The translations under genes and the position numbers were made by a program. DNA of 63,928 bases, filler included, from Nemertoderma westbladi (lineage: Eukaryota > Animalia > Xenacoelomorpha): assembly GCA_032718475.1 (NCBI GenBank). It is 3 parts of 3 records of this genome, joined end to end, with 100 filler letters (N's around TTAATTAATTAA, not from the genome) between each part and the next. Parts side by side here need not be neighbours in the genome. Positions count along the whole stretch, not along the records: positions 30,404 to 50,362 come from JAUCBJ010007957.1; positions 50,463 to 63,928 come from JAUCBJ010006314.1; 1 more part is not named here. The stretch is one strand, 5' to 3'. Below the pieces are notes generated by a model. That model had not been told where the DNA came from. It made no database searches and was given only the letters and a program-made list of their open reading frames with translations. This document shows positions 47,250 to 61,339 of the stretch, in pieces. Every line of letters begins with the position of its first letter. Position 1 is the stretch's first letter.

Positions 47250-47513
47250 TGATTTCATAAAAAACAGTTAACTGGTGGTAGCGGTTACAAATTTGAGTAC
47301 CTGGCTACAAGTCCATGTTCCACGTTACAAATCAGTATGTTTGGTTACAAATAGGAGCACCCTGTTGCAACCTGATGTATCTGGTTATGATTTGTTACAA
47401 ATGGTTACAAATCTCAGCACCTAGTTACAAATTTAACTGCCCAGTTCCCAGTATCCATAGTAATAAATCCAAGTGCCATGTAACAAATCTTAGTACCCAT
47501 GAACAGATCAGAC
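47250..47513. repeat. Left copy of long target-site duplication (right copy 49542-49811)
   Basis: TGATTTCATAAAAAACAGTTAACTGG...GAACAGATCAGAC on both sides of the RTE, few differences. Confidence 0.88.
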
Positions 47514-49541
47514 TACTATTACTACTACTAGGTCGAGCGAACTCGGACAGTGGAAATGAGATCCTTCCAGGCTTCCCGATTCTCCATAGTTGTCGCAATT
47601 TCGTTTCTCCCAAGTTTAGTATCCCTTTCAAGTTGATCTATATATGTTATGGCCGGTCGTCCACGACTACGCTTTCCATGAGTTGGTTGCCAGAGAAATA
47701 GATCTGGTATGACCTCGTCTTTACTTCGCCAGCAGTGCCCACTGAATCTTAATCTGCGTTCACGGAGGGTGGTTGATACAGGTGGTATTGTACCATAAAG
47801 CTCGGCGTTTGTCATGTGTTGTCTCCAGCTGATGTATAGGGCTGCCCTTAGTAGTCTTGTGTAGCAACCATCAATTCGTTGTTCAAGTGATTTAGTCAGT
47901 GTCCAGGTCTAACCCCCGTATAAAAATACACTTTCCACTGTGGCTCGAAAGAACTTAGTCTTCAGGTGCCTGGAGAGATCTGATTTCCAGATGGTATCCA
48001 TTTTTGATAGAGCTACCCAAGCCTTTGCTTTCCTAACTTCTATGTCCTTTTTGCTACTCTCTATCCATGATCCAAGGTACTGGAAGTCATCGACCTTCCT
48101 TAGTTGATTATTATCAATGGTTGTCAAGTTTCCATCAACATTAAAGGTCATTAATTCGGTCTTCGTAGCATTTATATGCAATCCAACCTCCTTAGCAGCC
48201 CTCTCCACTTTATTTAGTAGAAGTTGTGCATCTGCTAGCGTATTAGAGAGCAGGGCGATGTCATCCGCAAAGTCGGTGTCTGTGACTATAGTTGCCGGAT
48301 ATCTACTAATTCTGCGTTCTTCAAGTGTGAATCCCAGATCTTCACCCTTTGTGGCCGTCCTCATTGCGTAATCCAGTACAATTACAAATAGTAATGGTGC
48401 TAATGTGTCACCTTGCAGTACGCCAGCCAGGATTGAGAAAAACTCAGTTTCACCATCTGGTGAGAGTACCTGCGCTTCTGTGTCACAATATAACAATCCA
48501 ATGCCAGCAACAATTACTTATCGTATTCCATAAGCTCTTAGGATTTCAAGCATTTTACCTCTATGGATGAAGTCGAATGCCTTCTTGAAGTCCACAAAAG
48601 TCATGACTGCGGGGAGATTCTTTGACTTAATTCCTTCAATCAGTCTCCGTAGTGCAAGTATCTGAGCTATTGTTGATCTACTTGGTCGAAATCCGTTTTG
48701 GCTCTTACGCAGTAGTTTCTCTATGTGAGGCCTAATCCTATATAGAATCATTTTATTGTATATTTTGGCAGCTACCACAATCAGACAGATCCTTAAAGAC
48801 GCGGATGATCTAGCAAATGTCATGGGTGATAGGGAGTTGTGGCGGTGCAATTTTGTTGACAAGCCGGCACAGCATTCTTAAAAATGCAGCTGCAATGCAG
48901 CATGCCGATCCTAGTAGTAGTAGTAGTAGTAGTAGACAGATCCCACGATAGTTTGTTGGTATGCCGAGGTCTCCTTTCTTGGGGAGAGGCTTTAGTTTAC
49001 CTTTAGTCCAAATTGGTGGTGGCTTTTCCCCTTTTAACATCCGGTTGCAAACATTCAATAATGGTCTGTTTAGCACTCCTGTTTTCCATACCTCCGCTGG
49101 GATTTAATCTAATCCACTCGCTTTATTATTGGACATGCTTTTAATGCTTCTTTGGAGTTCGGCAGCTGTGAAGTCCCCTGTTTCTATAGGTAGTCATATA
49201 TTTTCCTTGTAGGGCTGACCTCGATGTTTGGTGGCTGCCCAAGCAAGTTGCTGAAGTGATTTTTCCACTTCCCAACGCGTTCTTCAGGGCTATCGGATTT
49301 GAGGCGCCCCTTTGCCTCATTACCCTTTGCCCCCTTTGCCGACCAGATACCTCATTTACAGTTTGCCAGGTAAGTCTTGATTGTTGCTGTATATGATCAG
49401 TTATAATTGCTTCAGTTTTATCCTGTATGTACTTTTCCTGGCTGATGTTGTAGGCCAATTTAAGATCGTCCTTAGCTTTCTCAACCTTGTTAATGTTTTC
49501 GGTTGTTGGTTGTTCGGTTTTAACTTTGTAGGCTATCTTAG
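47514..49541 (-). mobile_element. RTE family A copy 2 (5'-truncated, nonsense at 47909, frameshifts)
   Basis: Near-identical to 7370-8986 but extends further 5'; (TAG)n tail; flanked by ~265-bp direct repeats. Confidence 0.92.
48793..48933 (+). mobile_element. Severely 5'-truncated RTE family-B insertion nested antisense in RTE family A
   Basis: Matches the family-B 3' end with (TAG)n tail; TSD AGACAGATCC at 48783-48792 and 48934-48943. Confidence 0.9.
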
Positions 49542-50362
49542 TGATTTCATAAAAAACAGTTAACTGGTGGTAGCGGTTACAAATTTGAGTACCTGGCTAA
49601 AAATCCATGTTCCACGTTACAAATCAGTATGTTTGGTTACAAATAGGAGCACCCTGTTGCAACCTGATGTATCTGGTTATGATTTGTTACAAATGGTTAC
49701 AAATCTCAGCACCTAGTTACAAATTTAACTGCCCAGTTCCAAATTAAAGTATCCATAGTAATAAATCCAAGTGCCATGTAACAAATCTTAGTACCCATGA
49801 ACAGATCAGACAGTCCAGTTACAAATTTGATTAGGCCTTATGTTAAACAACCGCGACACCTATACTAACAGCAGAACTGTTGAACAGACAAATACCCGTA
49901 TACCTCTCTGCCAACCTAATGAGCTCTCGCCTAACCAATAAGACACAAAGACTGCTCTACTGTTAAGTAAAGGGGATCAGGAGTGTGCTATTACTAAATT
50001 GTAAGGGTTGCTAAATACAAAACCGCTACTTACCGTTAGATGGCGCTAATCTGCCGTCCACTAATATATTTTACTAATTTTACACTACTCCTGCAAAATC
50101 GCTTGTTCCTTTCTCTACCGATCGCTCGATAGAGAGCTAACTGTTCGAATCTATGAGCCACGCGGGAATAACCAAAACAATAAACCCGAGTCGGCTCCCT
50201 AAGCTTACTTAAGACGAGTGCGAGGGGCTTTGCACTCAGAGTATATTCTTACGCCTAATTTTACTACTGAAATACGCCAATGCTTACGTCTTTTCTAATC
50301 GCGAATACTGAGGGTTCCCTAACGGAATGTGTGAATGCGAGAATATTTAAAATAATCAAAAT

Positions 50363-50462
50363 NNNNNNNNNNNNNNNNNNNNNNNNNNNNNNNNNNNNNN
50401 NNNNNNTTAATTAATTAANNNNNNNNNNNNNNNNNNNNNNNNNNNNNNNNNNNNNNNNNNNN
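50363..50462. other. Assembly gap with artificial stop-codon linker
   Basis: N44-TTAATTAATTAA-N44. Confidence 0.97.
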
Positions 50463-53400
50463 AGTAGCCTACTAACCTACAGTACTCTTAGTAGCCTACT
50501 AACCTACAGTACTTTTAGTAGCCTACTAACCTACTAACCTACAGTACTCTTAGTAGCCTACTAACCTACAGTACTCTTAGTAGCCTACTAACCTACAGTA
50601 CTCTTAGTAGCCTACTAACCTACTAACCTACAGTACTTTTAGTAGCCTACTAACCTACAATACTTTTAGTAGCCTACTAACCTACAGTACTTTTAGTAGC
50701 CTACTAACCTACTAACCTACAGTACTTTTAGTAGCCTACTAACCTACAGTACTTTTAGTAGCCTACTAACCTACAGTACTTTTAGTAGCCTACTAACCTA
50801 CAGTACTTTTAGTAGCCTACTAACCTACAGTACTTTTAGTAGCCTACTAACCTACTAACCTAAAATACTTTTAGTAGCCTACTAACCTACAGTACTTTTA
50901 GTAGCCTACTAACCTACAGTACTTTTAGTAGCCTACTAACCTACTAACCTAAAATACTTTTAGTAGCCTACTAACCTACTAACCTACAGTACTTTTAGTA
51001 GCCTACTAACCTACAGTACTTTTAGTAGCCTACTAACCTACAGTACTTTTAGTAGCCTACTAACCTACAGTACTTTTAGTAGCCTACTAACCTACAGTAC
51101 TCTTAGTAGCCTACTAACCTACTAACCTACAGTACTTTTAGTAGCCTACTAACCTACAGTACTTTTAGTAGCCTAATAACCTACTAACCTACAGTACTTT
51201 TAGTAGCCTACTAACCTACTAACCTACAGTACTTTTAGTAGCCTACTAACCTACTAACCTACAGTACTTTTAGTAGCCTAATAACCTACTAACCTACAGT
51301 ACTTTTAGTAGCCTACTAACCTACTAACCTACAGTACTTTTAGTAGCCTACTAACCTACTAGCCTACTAACCTACAGTACTTTTAGTAGCCTACTAACCT
51401 ACAGTACTTTTAGTAGCCTACTAACCTACAGTACTTTTAGTAGCCTACTAACCTACAGTACTTTTAGTAGCCTACTAACCTACAGTACTTTTAGTAGCCT
51501 ACTAACCTACAGTACTTTTAGTAGCCTACTAACCTACAGTACTTTTAGTAGCCTACTAACCTACAGTACTTTTAGTAGCCTACTAACCTACTAACCTACA
51601 GTACTTTTAGTAGCCTACTAACCTACAGTACTTTTAGTAGCCTACTAACCTACAGTACTTTTAGTAGCCTACTAACCTACAGTACTTTTAGTAGCCTACT
51701 AACCTACTAACCTACAGTACTTTTAGTAGCCTACTAACCTACTAATCTACTAACCTACAGTACTTTTAGTAGCCTACTAACCTACTAACCTACAGTACTT
51801 TTAGTGGCCTACTAACCTACAGTACTTTTAATAGCCTACTAACCTACTAACCTACAGTACTTTTAGTAGCCTACTAACCTACAGTACTTTTAGTAGCCTA
51901 CTAACCTACAGTACTTTTAGTAGCCTACTAACCTACAGTACTTTTAGTAGCCTACTAACCTACTAACCTACAGTACTTTTAGTAGCCTACTAACCTACTA
52001 ATCTACTAACCTACAGTACTTTTAGTAGCCTACTAACCTACTAACCTACAGTACTTTTAGTGGCCTACTAACCTACAGTACTTTTAATAGCCTACTAACC
52101 TACTAACCTACAGTACTTTTAGTGGCCTACTAACCTACAGTACTTTTAGTAGCCTACTAACCTACAGTACTTTTAGTAGCCTACTAACCTACAGTACTTT
52201 TAGTAGCCTACTAACCTACAGTACTTTTAGTAGCCTACTAACCTACTAACCTACAGTACTTTTAGTAGCCTACTAACCTACTAATCTACTAACCTACAGT
52301 ACTTTTAGTAGCCTACTAACCTACTAACCTACAGTACTTTTAGTGGCCTACTAACCTACAGTACTTTTAATAGCCTACTAACCTACTAACCTACAGTACT
52401 TTTAGTGGCCTACTAACCTACAGTACTTTTAGTAGCCTACTAACCTACTAACCTACAGTACTTTTAGTAGCCTACTAACCTACAGTACTCTTAGTAGCCT
52501 ACTAACCTACAGTACTTTTAGTAGCCTACTAACCTACAGTACTTTTAGTAGCCTACTAACCTACAGTACTTTTAGTAGCCTACTAACCTACTAACCTACA
52601 GTACTTTTAGTAGCCTACTAACCTACTAACCTACAGTACTTTTAGTAGCCTACTAACCTACTAGCCTACTAACCTACAGTACTCTTAGTAGCCTACTAAC
52701 CTACAGTACTTTTAGTAGCCTACTAACCTACAGTACTTTTAGTAGCCTACTAACCTACAGTACTTTTAGTAGCCTACTAACCTACTAGCCTACAGTACTT
52801 TTAGTAGCCTACTAACCTACAGTACTTTTAGTAGCCTACTAACCTACTAACCTACAGTACTTTTAGTAGCCTACTAACCTACAGTACTTTTAGTAGCCTA
52901 CTAACCTACAGTACTTTTAGTAGCCTACTAACCTACAGTACTTTTAGTAGCCTACTAACCTACTAACCTACAGTACTTTTAGTAGCCTACTAACCTACTA
53001 ATCTACTAACCTACAGTACTTTTAGTAGCCTACTAACCTACTAACCTACAGTACTTTTAGTGGCCTACTAACCTACAGTACTTTTAATAGCCTACTAACC
53101 TACTAACCTACAGTACTTTTAGTGGCCTACTAACCTACAGTACTTTTAGTAGCCTACTAACCTACTAACCTACAGTACTTTTAGTGGCCTACTAACCTAC
53201 AGTACTTTTAGTAGCCTACTAACCTACTAACCTACAGTACTTTTAGTAGCCTACTAACCTACAGTACTCTTAGTAGCCTACTAACCTACAGTACTTTTAG
53301 TAGCCTACTAACCTACAGTACTTTTAGTAGCCTACTAACCTACAGTACTTTTAGTAGCCTACTAACCTACTAACCTACAGTACTTTTAGTAGCCTACTAA

Positions 53401-56400
53401 CCTACTAGCCTACTAACCTACAGTAATTTTAGTAGCCTACAAACCTACAGTACTTTTAGTAGCCTACTAACCTACTAACCTACAGTACTTTTAGTAGCCT
53501 ACTAACCTACTAGCCTACTAACCTACAGTACTTTTAGTAGCCTACTAACCTACAGTACTTTTAGTAGCCTACTAACCTACAGTACTTTTAGTAGCCTACT
53601 TACCTACTAGCCTACTAACCTACAGTACTTTTAGTAGCCTACTAACCTACAGTACTTTTAGTAGCCTACTAACCTACTAACCTACAGTACTTTTAGTAGC
53701 CTACTAACCTACTAGCCTACTAACCTACAGTACTTTTAGTAGCCTACTAACCTACAGTACTCTTAGTAGCCTACTAACCTACTAACCTACAGTACTTTTA
53801 GTAGCCTACTAACCTACTAACCTACAGTACTTTTAGTATCCTAATAACCTACAGTACTTTTAGTAGCCTACTAACCTACTAACCTACAGTACTTTTAGTA
53901 GCCTACTAACCTACTAACCTAAAATACTTTTAGTAGCCTACTAACCTACAGTACTTTTAGTAGCCTACTAACCTACAGTACTTTTAGTAGCCTACTAACC
54001 TACAGTACTTTTAGTAGCCTACTAACCTACAGTACTTTTAGTAGCCTACTAACCTACAGTACTTTTAGTAGCCTACTAACCTACAGTACTTTTAGTAGCC
54101 TACTAACCTACAGTACTTTTAGTAGCCTACTAACCTACTAACCTAAAATACTTTTAGTAGCCTACTAACCTACAGTACTTTTAGTAGCCTACTAACCTAC
54201 TAACCTACAGTACTTTTAGTAGCCTACTAACCTACTAGCCTACTAACCTACAGTACTTTTAGTAGCCTACTAACCTACTAGCCTACTAACCTACAGTACT
54301 TTTAGTAGCCTACTAACCTACAGTACTTTTAGTAGCCTACTAACCTACAGTACTTTTAGTAGCCTACTAACCTACTAGCCTACTAACCTACAGTACTTTT
54401 AGTAGCCTACTAACCTACAGTACTTTTAGTAGCCTACTAACCTACAGTACTTTTAGTAGCCTACTAACCTACTAACCTACAGTACTTTTAGTAGCCTACT
54501 AACCTACTAACCTAAAATACTTTTAGTAGCCTACTAACCTACAGTACTTTTAGTAGCCTACTAACCTACAGTACTTTTAGTAGCCTACTAACCTACAGTA
54601 CTTTTAGTAGCCTACTAACCTACAGTACTTTTAGTAGCCTACTAACCTACAGTACTTTTAGTAGCCTACTAACCTACTAACCTACAGTACTTTTAGTAGC
54701 CTACTAACCTACTAGCCTACTAACCTACAGTACTTTTAGTAGCCTACTAACCTACAGTACTTTTAGTAGCCTACTAACCTACAGTACTTTTAGTAGCCTA
54801 CTAACCTACTAGCCTACTAACCTACAGTACTTTTAGTAGCCTACTAACCTACAGTACTTTTAGTAGCCTACTAACCTACAGTACTTTTAGTAGCCTACTA
54901 ACCTACTAACCTACAGTACTTTTAGTAGCCTACTAACCTACTAGCCTACTAACCTACAGTACTTTTAGTAGCCTACTAACCTACAGTACTTTTAGTATCC
55001 TAATAACCTACAGTACTTTTAGTAGCCTACTAACCTACTAACCTACAGTACTTTTAGTAGCCTACTAACCTACTAACCTAAAATACTTTTAGTAGCCTAC
55101 TAACCTACAGTACTTTTAGTAGCCTACTAACCTACAGTACTTTTAGTAGCCTACTAACCTACAGTACTTTTAGTAGCCTACTAACCTACAGTACTTTTAG
55201 TAGCCTACTAACCTACAGTACTTTTAGTAGCCTACTAACCTACTAACCTACAGTACTTTTAGTAGCCTACTAACCTACTAATCTACTAACCTACAGTACT
55301 TTTAGTAGCCTACTAACCTACTAACCTACAGTACTTTTAGTGGCCTACTAACCTACAGTACTTTTAATAGCCTACTAACCTACTAACCTACAGTACTTTT
55401 AGTGGCCTACTAACCTACAGTACTTTTAGTAGCCTACTAACCTACTAACCTACAGTACTTTTAGTGGCCTACTAACCTACAGTACTTTTAGTAGCCTACT
55501 AACCTACTAACCTACAGTACTTTTAGTAGCCTACTAACCTACAGTACTCTTAGTAGCCTACTAACCTACAGTACTTTTAGTAGCCTACTAACCTACAGTA
55601 CTTTTAGTAGCCTACTAACCTACAGTACTTTTAGTAGCCTACTAACCTACTAACCTACAGTACTTTTAGTAGCCTACTAACCTACTAGCCTACTAACCTA
55701 CAGTACTTTTAGTAGCCTACAAACCTACAGTACTTTTAGTAGCCTACTAACCTACTAGCCTACTAACCTACAGTACTTTTAGTAGCCTACTAACCTACAG
55801 TACTTTTAGTAGCCTACTAACCTACTAACCTACAGTACTTTTAGTAGCCTACTAACCTACTAGCCTACTAACCTACAGTACTTTTAGTAGCCTACTAACC
55901 TACAGTACTTTTAGTAGCCTACTAACCTACTAACCTACAGTACTTTTAGTAGCCTACTAACCTACTAACCTACAGTACTTTTAGTAGCCTACTAACCTAC
56001 TAACCTACTAACCTACTAACCTACTAACCTACTAACCTACTAGCCTACTAACCTACTAACCTACTAACCTACTAACCTACTAACCTACTAACCTACTAGC
56101 CTACTAACCTACTAACCTACTAACCTACTAACCTACTAACCTACTAGCCTACTAACCTACTAACCTACAGTACTTTTAGTAGCCTACTAACCTACTAGCC
56201 TACTAACCTACAGTACTTTTAGTAGCCTACTAACCTACAGTACTTTTAGTAGCCTAATAACCTACAGTACTTTTAGTAGCCTACTAACCTACTAACCTAC
56301 AGTACTTTTAGTAGCCTACTAACCTACTAACCTAAAATACTTTTAGTAGCCTACTAACCTACAGTACTTTTAGTAGCCTACTAACCTACAGTACTTTTAG

Positions 56401-57353
56401 TAGCCTACTAACCTACAGTACTTTTAGTAGCCTACTAACCTACTAACCTAAAATACTTTTAGTAGCCTACTAACCTACAGTACTTTTAGTAGCCTACTAA
56501 CCTACTAACCTACAGTACTTTTAGTAGCCTACTAACCTACTAACCTAAAATACTTTTAGTAGCCTACTAACCTACAGTACTTTTAGTAGCCTACTAACCT
56601 ACAGTACTTTTAGTAGCCTACTAACCTACAGTACTCTTAGTAGCCTACTAACCTACTAACCTACAGTACTTTTAGTAGCCTACTAACCTACAATACTTTT
56701 AGTAGCCTACTAACCTACAGTACTTTTAGTAGCCTACTAACCTACTAACCTAAAATACTTTTAGTAGCCTACTAACCTACAGTACTTTTAGTAGCCTACT
56801 AACCTACAGTACTTTTAGTAGCCTACTAACCTACTAACCTAAAATACTTTTAGTAGCCTACTAACCTACAGTACTTTTAGTAGCCTACTAACCTACTAAC
56901 CTACTAACCTACAGTACTTTTAGTAGCCTACTAACCTACTAACCTACTAACCTACAGTACTTTTAGTAGCCTACTAACCTACTAACCTACTAACCTAAAA
57001 TACTTTTAGTAGCCTACTAACCTACTAACCTACAGTACTTTTAGTAGCCTACTAACCTACTAACCTACAGTACTCTTAGTAGCCTACTAACCTACAGTAC
57101 TTTTAGTAGCCTACTAACCTACAGTACTTTTAGTAGCCTACTAACCTACTAACCTACAGTACTTTTAGTAGCCTACTAACCTACAGTACTTTTAATAGCC
57201 TACTAACCTACTAACCTACTAACCTACAGTACTTTTAGTAGCCTACTAACCTACAGTACTTTTAATAGCCTACTAACCTACTAACCTACAGTACTTTTAG
57301 TAGCCTACTAACCTACAGTACTTTTAGTAGCCTACTAACCTACAGTACTTTTT
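50463..57353. repeat. ~6.9-kb satellite, 27/35-bp unit built on the 8-mer CCTACTAA
   Basis: AGTAGCCTACTAACCTACAGTACTTTT with 0-2 extra CTACTAAC; nearly pure 8-mer run at ~55990-56165. Confidence 0.97.
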
Positions 57354-57544
57354 ACAATTTCCATATCATTTTACCAACTTGGCACAATCATTGGCCAACT
57401 CTTCTCAAGAGTCTCCAATAGTTGCGGTTTGAATGCATTGAATTCTTAGTAATTATTGGTGGGCTTTGTCTGGAGTGGCCAAGAGTCACCAAGACTTTGT
57501 GGGTCTTGGAGGTTATTGAGAGACATTGGCTTGGCTTGTCTTGG

Positions 57545-57810
57545 AGTTCATTTATCCTATCATAGTAGACATGTACAGAACGACAAGAGTCCCACAAGAA
57601 ATGAAAACAAATAAGGTGGTGCCAGTTCCCAAGTAGGGCAACCTAACAATCCATGTTTCTTTTCTAGGAATCTCATTGATCTCGATTGCTGCAAAGCTTT
57701 ACAATAGAATTCTATTAAATCGCATCAGGGATCCCATTGAGAGGCTGCTACGTGGAAATTATAATGGGTTCCGTAAAGGTCGTGGGACCATGGAGCCTAT
57801 TTTGGCACTG
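57545..57810 (+). mobile_element. RTE family-B internal fragment
   Basis: ISIAAKLYNRILLNRIRDPIERLLRGNYNGFRKGRGTMEPILAL; matches 42335-42606. Confidence 0.82.
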
Positions 57811-59164
57811 CCCAAATGGGACCACCGAGAAGGAAAATATATGAGTTATCAAAAAAGGATTATGATGGAATAAAATGATTAATTCTTGTTAGTAATTGAG
57901 GATTCTTGTCAGATCTTGGCAAGAATGTTTAAGGCGGGGCTTCGTTACTGTGGCACACAAGATGAGAACTCAGAGTACAGAACTGCCTAACATTATTTTA
58001 TGCTTATAATATTATGATGCCAGATAGTGGCGCACATTGACAGCATGCAAGTTAAAATAGTAATCTTCACCGCAAATTGACCGCAAGTGAAATAAAGTCT
58101 AGTTTTTGTTAAAAAAAAATTCCACTGTAACCTGCTACTGTAACTTAATGTTTAAATTAAATTAAATTAATCCTTCAAACCCAATAATCACACAGTTGGT
58201 GTTTGCTGTCATTTTGCGCCATTGACTTTGTGATGCATTAGCAAGCTAGTATTAAAAATTATGCAGTACCTTAAAGTAATTTGAGTGTTAGTTGCGCCAG
58301 TTTTCTTTTTAACTTCATTAAGAAATATTAGGGTTTTTAGCCAAATTATATTGAAAACAGGGAATTATTATTTAGTCAAGTAATTTGGAAAGGAGTGCAA
58401 ATTCCAGGGGATTAATATAGAGCTAACATTTCAATATTGTTGAGTTATGTTGTTGTTTAAAACAGGGAGAAGATACCTTGAGCATCAGCAGATAATACTT
58501 CAACTACCTAATTGGGTGGATCAGGCGTCACTAGAGCACTAGCAGATGAACACGTTCGTGGGGCCATCGCGCAGGACGAGGGTCAGTTATTAGATACAAA
58601 TTTAAATTGAGCGACTGTATCACAAAAAAATCAGTATTCAGGTATTGCAGTATTGGGCTGTTGGGGTACCTAGTGCAGTAGTGGATACCGGAACATGGAA
58701 TAAAGGTCAGCTGGTACAACCTGACAACATGTCAGTCTGTCTTAAGTCCGCATAATTTAAAAACTTCCATGGCTGCATGGTTGCCGTTGCCGAGCCGATT
58801 GGTGGGTGGCACCAACGACCTGAAGACGGTAGCGGTAACTCTGTACCACTGTAACAGTACCGGCTGACCGGTACCATACTGTAAAACATATGTTTAATAA
58901 GATTAAGGTACCGTACCGTATCGGTACATGATATGGCTGAATAGTAAAGTAGGCAAAGTAGGAAAAGTAAAATAGGCCGACCACACTTCCCAAGGCCACA
59001 TTATTGCTGCATTGTACCGATATTGCTAAATTTCAAACCAACCTGATATATCCTGCAGTCTCCTAGCAACCAGCTGATGCCAAGCCTAATAATTTTTGGA
59101 TAGATAAGTTTATTATAACTGCAAGACAGTTACACAGATGCCACACGAAGACCCCATGCAAATT

Positions 59165-59360
59165 CAAACTGGAAAATTTCTAAACTTTTGCCAGACTACA
59201 TATGTACCAAGTTTGAATATATTTTATCGAGATTTGGCTGAGTTATTAACTCACAACAGAACAACAGAGCAACAAATCAACAGAACAACAGAGCAACAGA
59301 CACACCGATTGAGTTAGTGGTACCTGTATGCTAAGCTCGCTTACTTTCGTCGCTCGCCCC
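59165..59360 (+). repeat. Dispersed repeat shared with 63720-63928 (unclassified)
   Basis: Both have TGGAAAAT.TCTAAAC.TTTGCCA...TACCAAGTTTG...GAGTTATTAAC...GCTAAG..CTC.CT.ACTT..CGT.GCTCGCCCCACAG. Confidence 0.65.
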
Positions 59361-59725
59361 ACAGTAGTGAGGGGGGTATTTATTCTAATCAAATACTGTA
59401 GCTCTTTAGTACTGTAGTTTGTGTACTTGGGAATTACCATAAATTAAACACTTTATAAATGTCCAAAGGATGAAATAAGGGATTTTACAATAACTCGACA
59501 TTGTAAACACAGCTGCAGTATGGCAACTACTGTACGAGCACCCTCCTATTGTGGTCCATTAGACTACCTTTTCTTGTGTTGTCTAAGTTACTACTTAATG
59601 AGGTCATGTTTACAGCCGACTGGTAGAGTCTCTTAAGGTTACTTATTTTGGCAACTGGCCTAGGGATATTTGGGTTGGCTGATGGTTTGGATACTACCGC
59701 TTTCGCTCATTATTATTACTTTTAA

Positions 59726-60106
59726 TAGGGTCTTTAATGGGGTCATTATTGTGTGAAGTACAATGCACACATCTCCAACCAGACACTATATAACATTGGA
59801 GGTGTCTCATTGGTTCCCCCAAGCTTGACACTAGAACAAAATCGCCTCCGCTTTGCAGGACATTGCTTTCGCCGTGAGGACCAGCCAGTGCATAATCTTG
59901 TACTTTGGCAGCCTCATGGAGTGAATAAGCATGGTGGACAGCCCATGACTTTCTTGAGACGCATCTTAAAGGACACTGGCCTTGAAGATGCGGATGATCT
60001 AGCAAATGTCATGGGTGATAGGGAGTTGTGGCGGTGCAATTTTGTTGACAAGCCGGCACAGCATTCTTAAAAATGCAGCTGCAATGCAGCATGCCGATCC
60101 TAGTAG
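59726..60106 (+). mobile_element. RTE family-B 3' fragment
   Basis: ORF 59753-60070 is essentially identical to the C-terminus of 62221-63120; TAGTAG tail; TSD TATTACTTTTAA at 59714-59725 and 60107-60118. Confidence 0.9.
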
Positions 60107-61339
60107 TATTACTTTTAAATTAATGATATTACAAAAGTGCGAAATTTTAGCTCAGTCGAAACAGAACAGGCAGGCGCAGGAGCTGTGTTATTATTTATTT
60201 ACTGGACTCGAAACCCGTCCGCAGTAGCATTTTGTTCTTTAATTTCTTAAAACTTTGATCTGAAATAAACTCTTGGTTTGATTCGTTTGTTCTGAGTTTT
60301 CCCTATATTAATAAAGTATTTCTTAATTTTTTTATTAACCGCCTGACTACTTGAATTCCCACCTTCCAGAATCCCCTTCAATTATTTTCAACAAACTTAT
60401 ACATCGATATGTTTATAGATTTAATGTTTATACAAAGAACATCTGAAATAAACGGTCGGTTACTTACCGGGCCGTTCGGGAATTTTTATTTCTAAGGAAA
60501 CTCAATCGTTTGTGTCTCGGGATATGAGCTGATTCTCAGCAGAAGCTATGAAGGCATCAAGGTGGACAAGTGTCACGCACGACTAATGACGCGATTCTCC
60601 CAGCTAATCCCTGGAGTATAACACGGCCCGATCCTTTGTCATCAAAACCAAGTGTGAGCATTTTAATGAGATGTCGCCACCTGTTCCAAAATTATTTCAT
60701 AACATGTCTCAAACAATAACGGAATTACAAAGTGTAGGCCTAATAGGGCCTACTCTATGTTTGATAGCCGTCTTACTTTTTAGTTATTCTTCCTGTATCC
60801 AGTATATATTAGGGACTATGGAATGGATCCTTAATGCACCTGGATGCGTTTTAGTCACATGTGACATGTGGGTGGGGTCAACGTATTATCACAATTTATT
60901 GCAGGTTTTACTCTACGAGATGTTAAATTTTCAGATTAACTCCCTATAGTGTAATTTACATACAACTATGTACCTGTACAAACTCATTAAACTCCGTGAA
61001 TAATTTACTCTATCTACAGTAAGTAGGCAACACGGATACCACACCCTGGATTATATGTAGATACAGTACTACAAGTTCGTGGGGCCTTCGCGCAGCACGT
61101 GGCCCAGTTATGAGAGACAAATTAAAATTGAGCGAGTGTATCACAAAAAAAGTATTGGAGAAATTTACCCACACCGCCAATCAATCAAAGAAAGGGAGAC
61201 AGAACGTGTTCAGCCCTTTTAATCTGCACCCCCCTCCCCCCGCCCCCTTCCCACCCACCAATACATAATCGCGACATCTACCACCCCCGGAAGGGTAGCA
61301 CGAACTTATTTCCAATCGCACGTTCAATACGCACGGTGG

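Noticed and set aside
60145-60232. tRNA-like segment (TAGCTCAGTCG...GGACTCGAAACCC)
   Set aside because: Degenerate boxes and no cloverleaf; at most a SINE remnant, not a tRNA gene.
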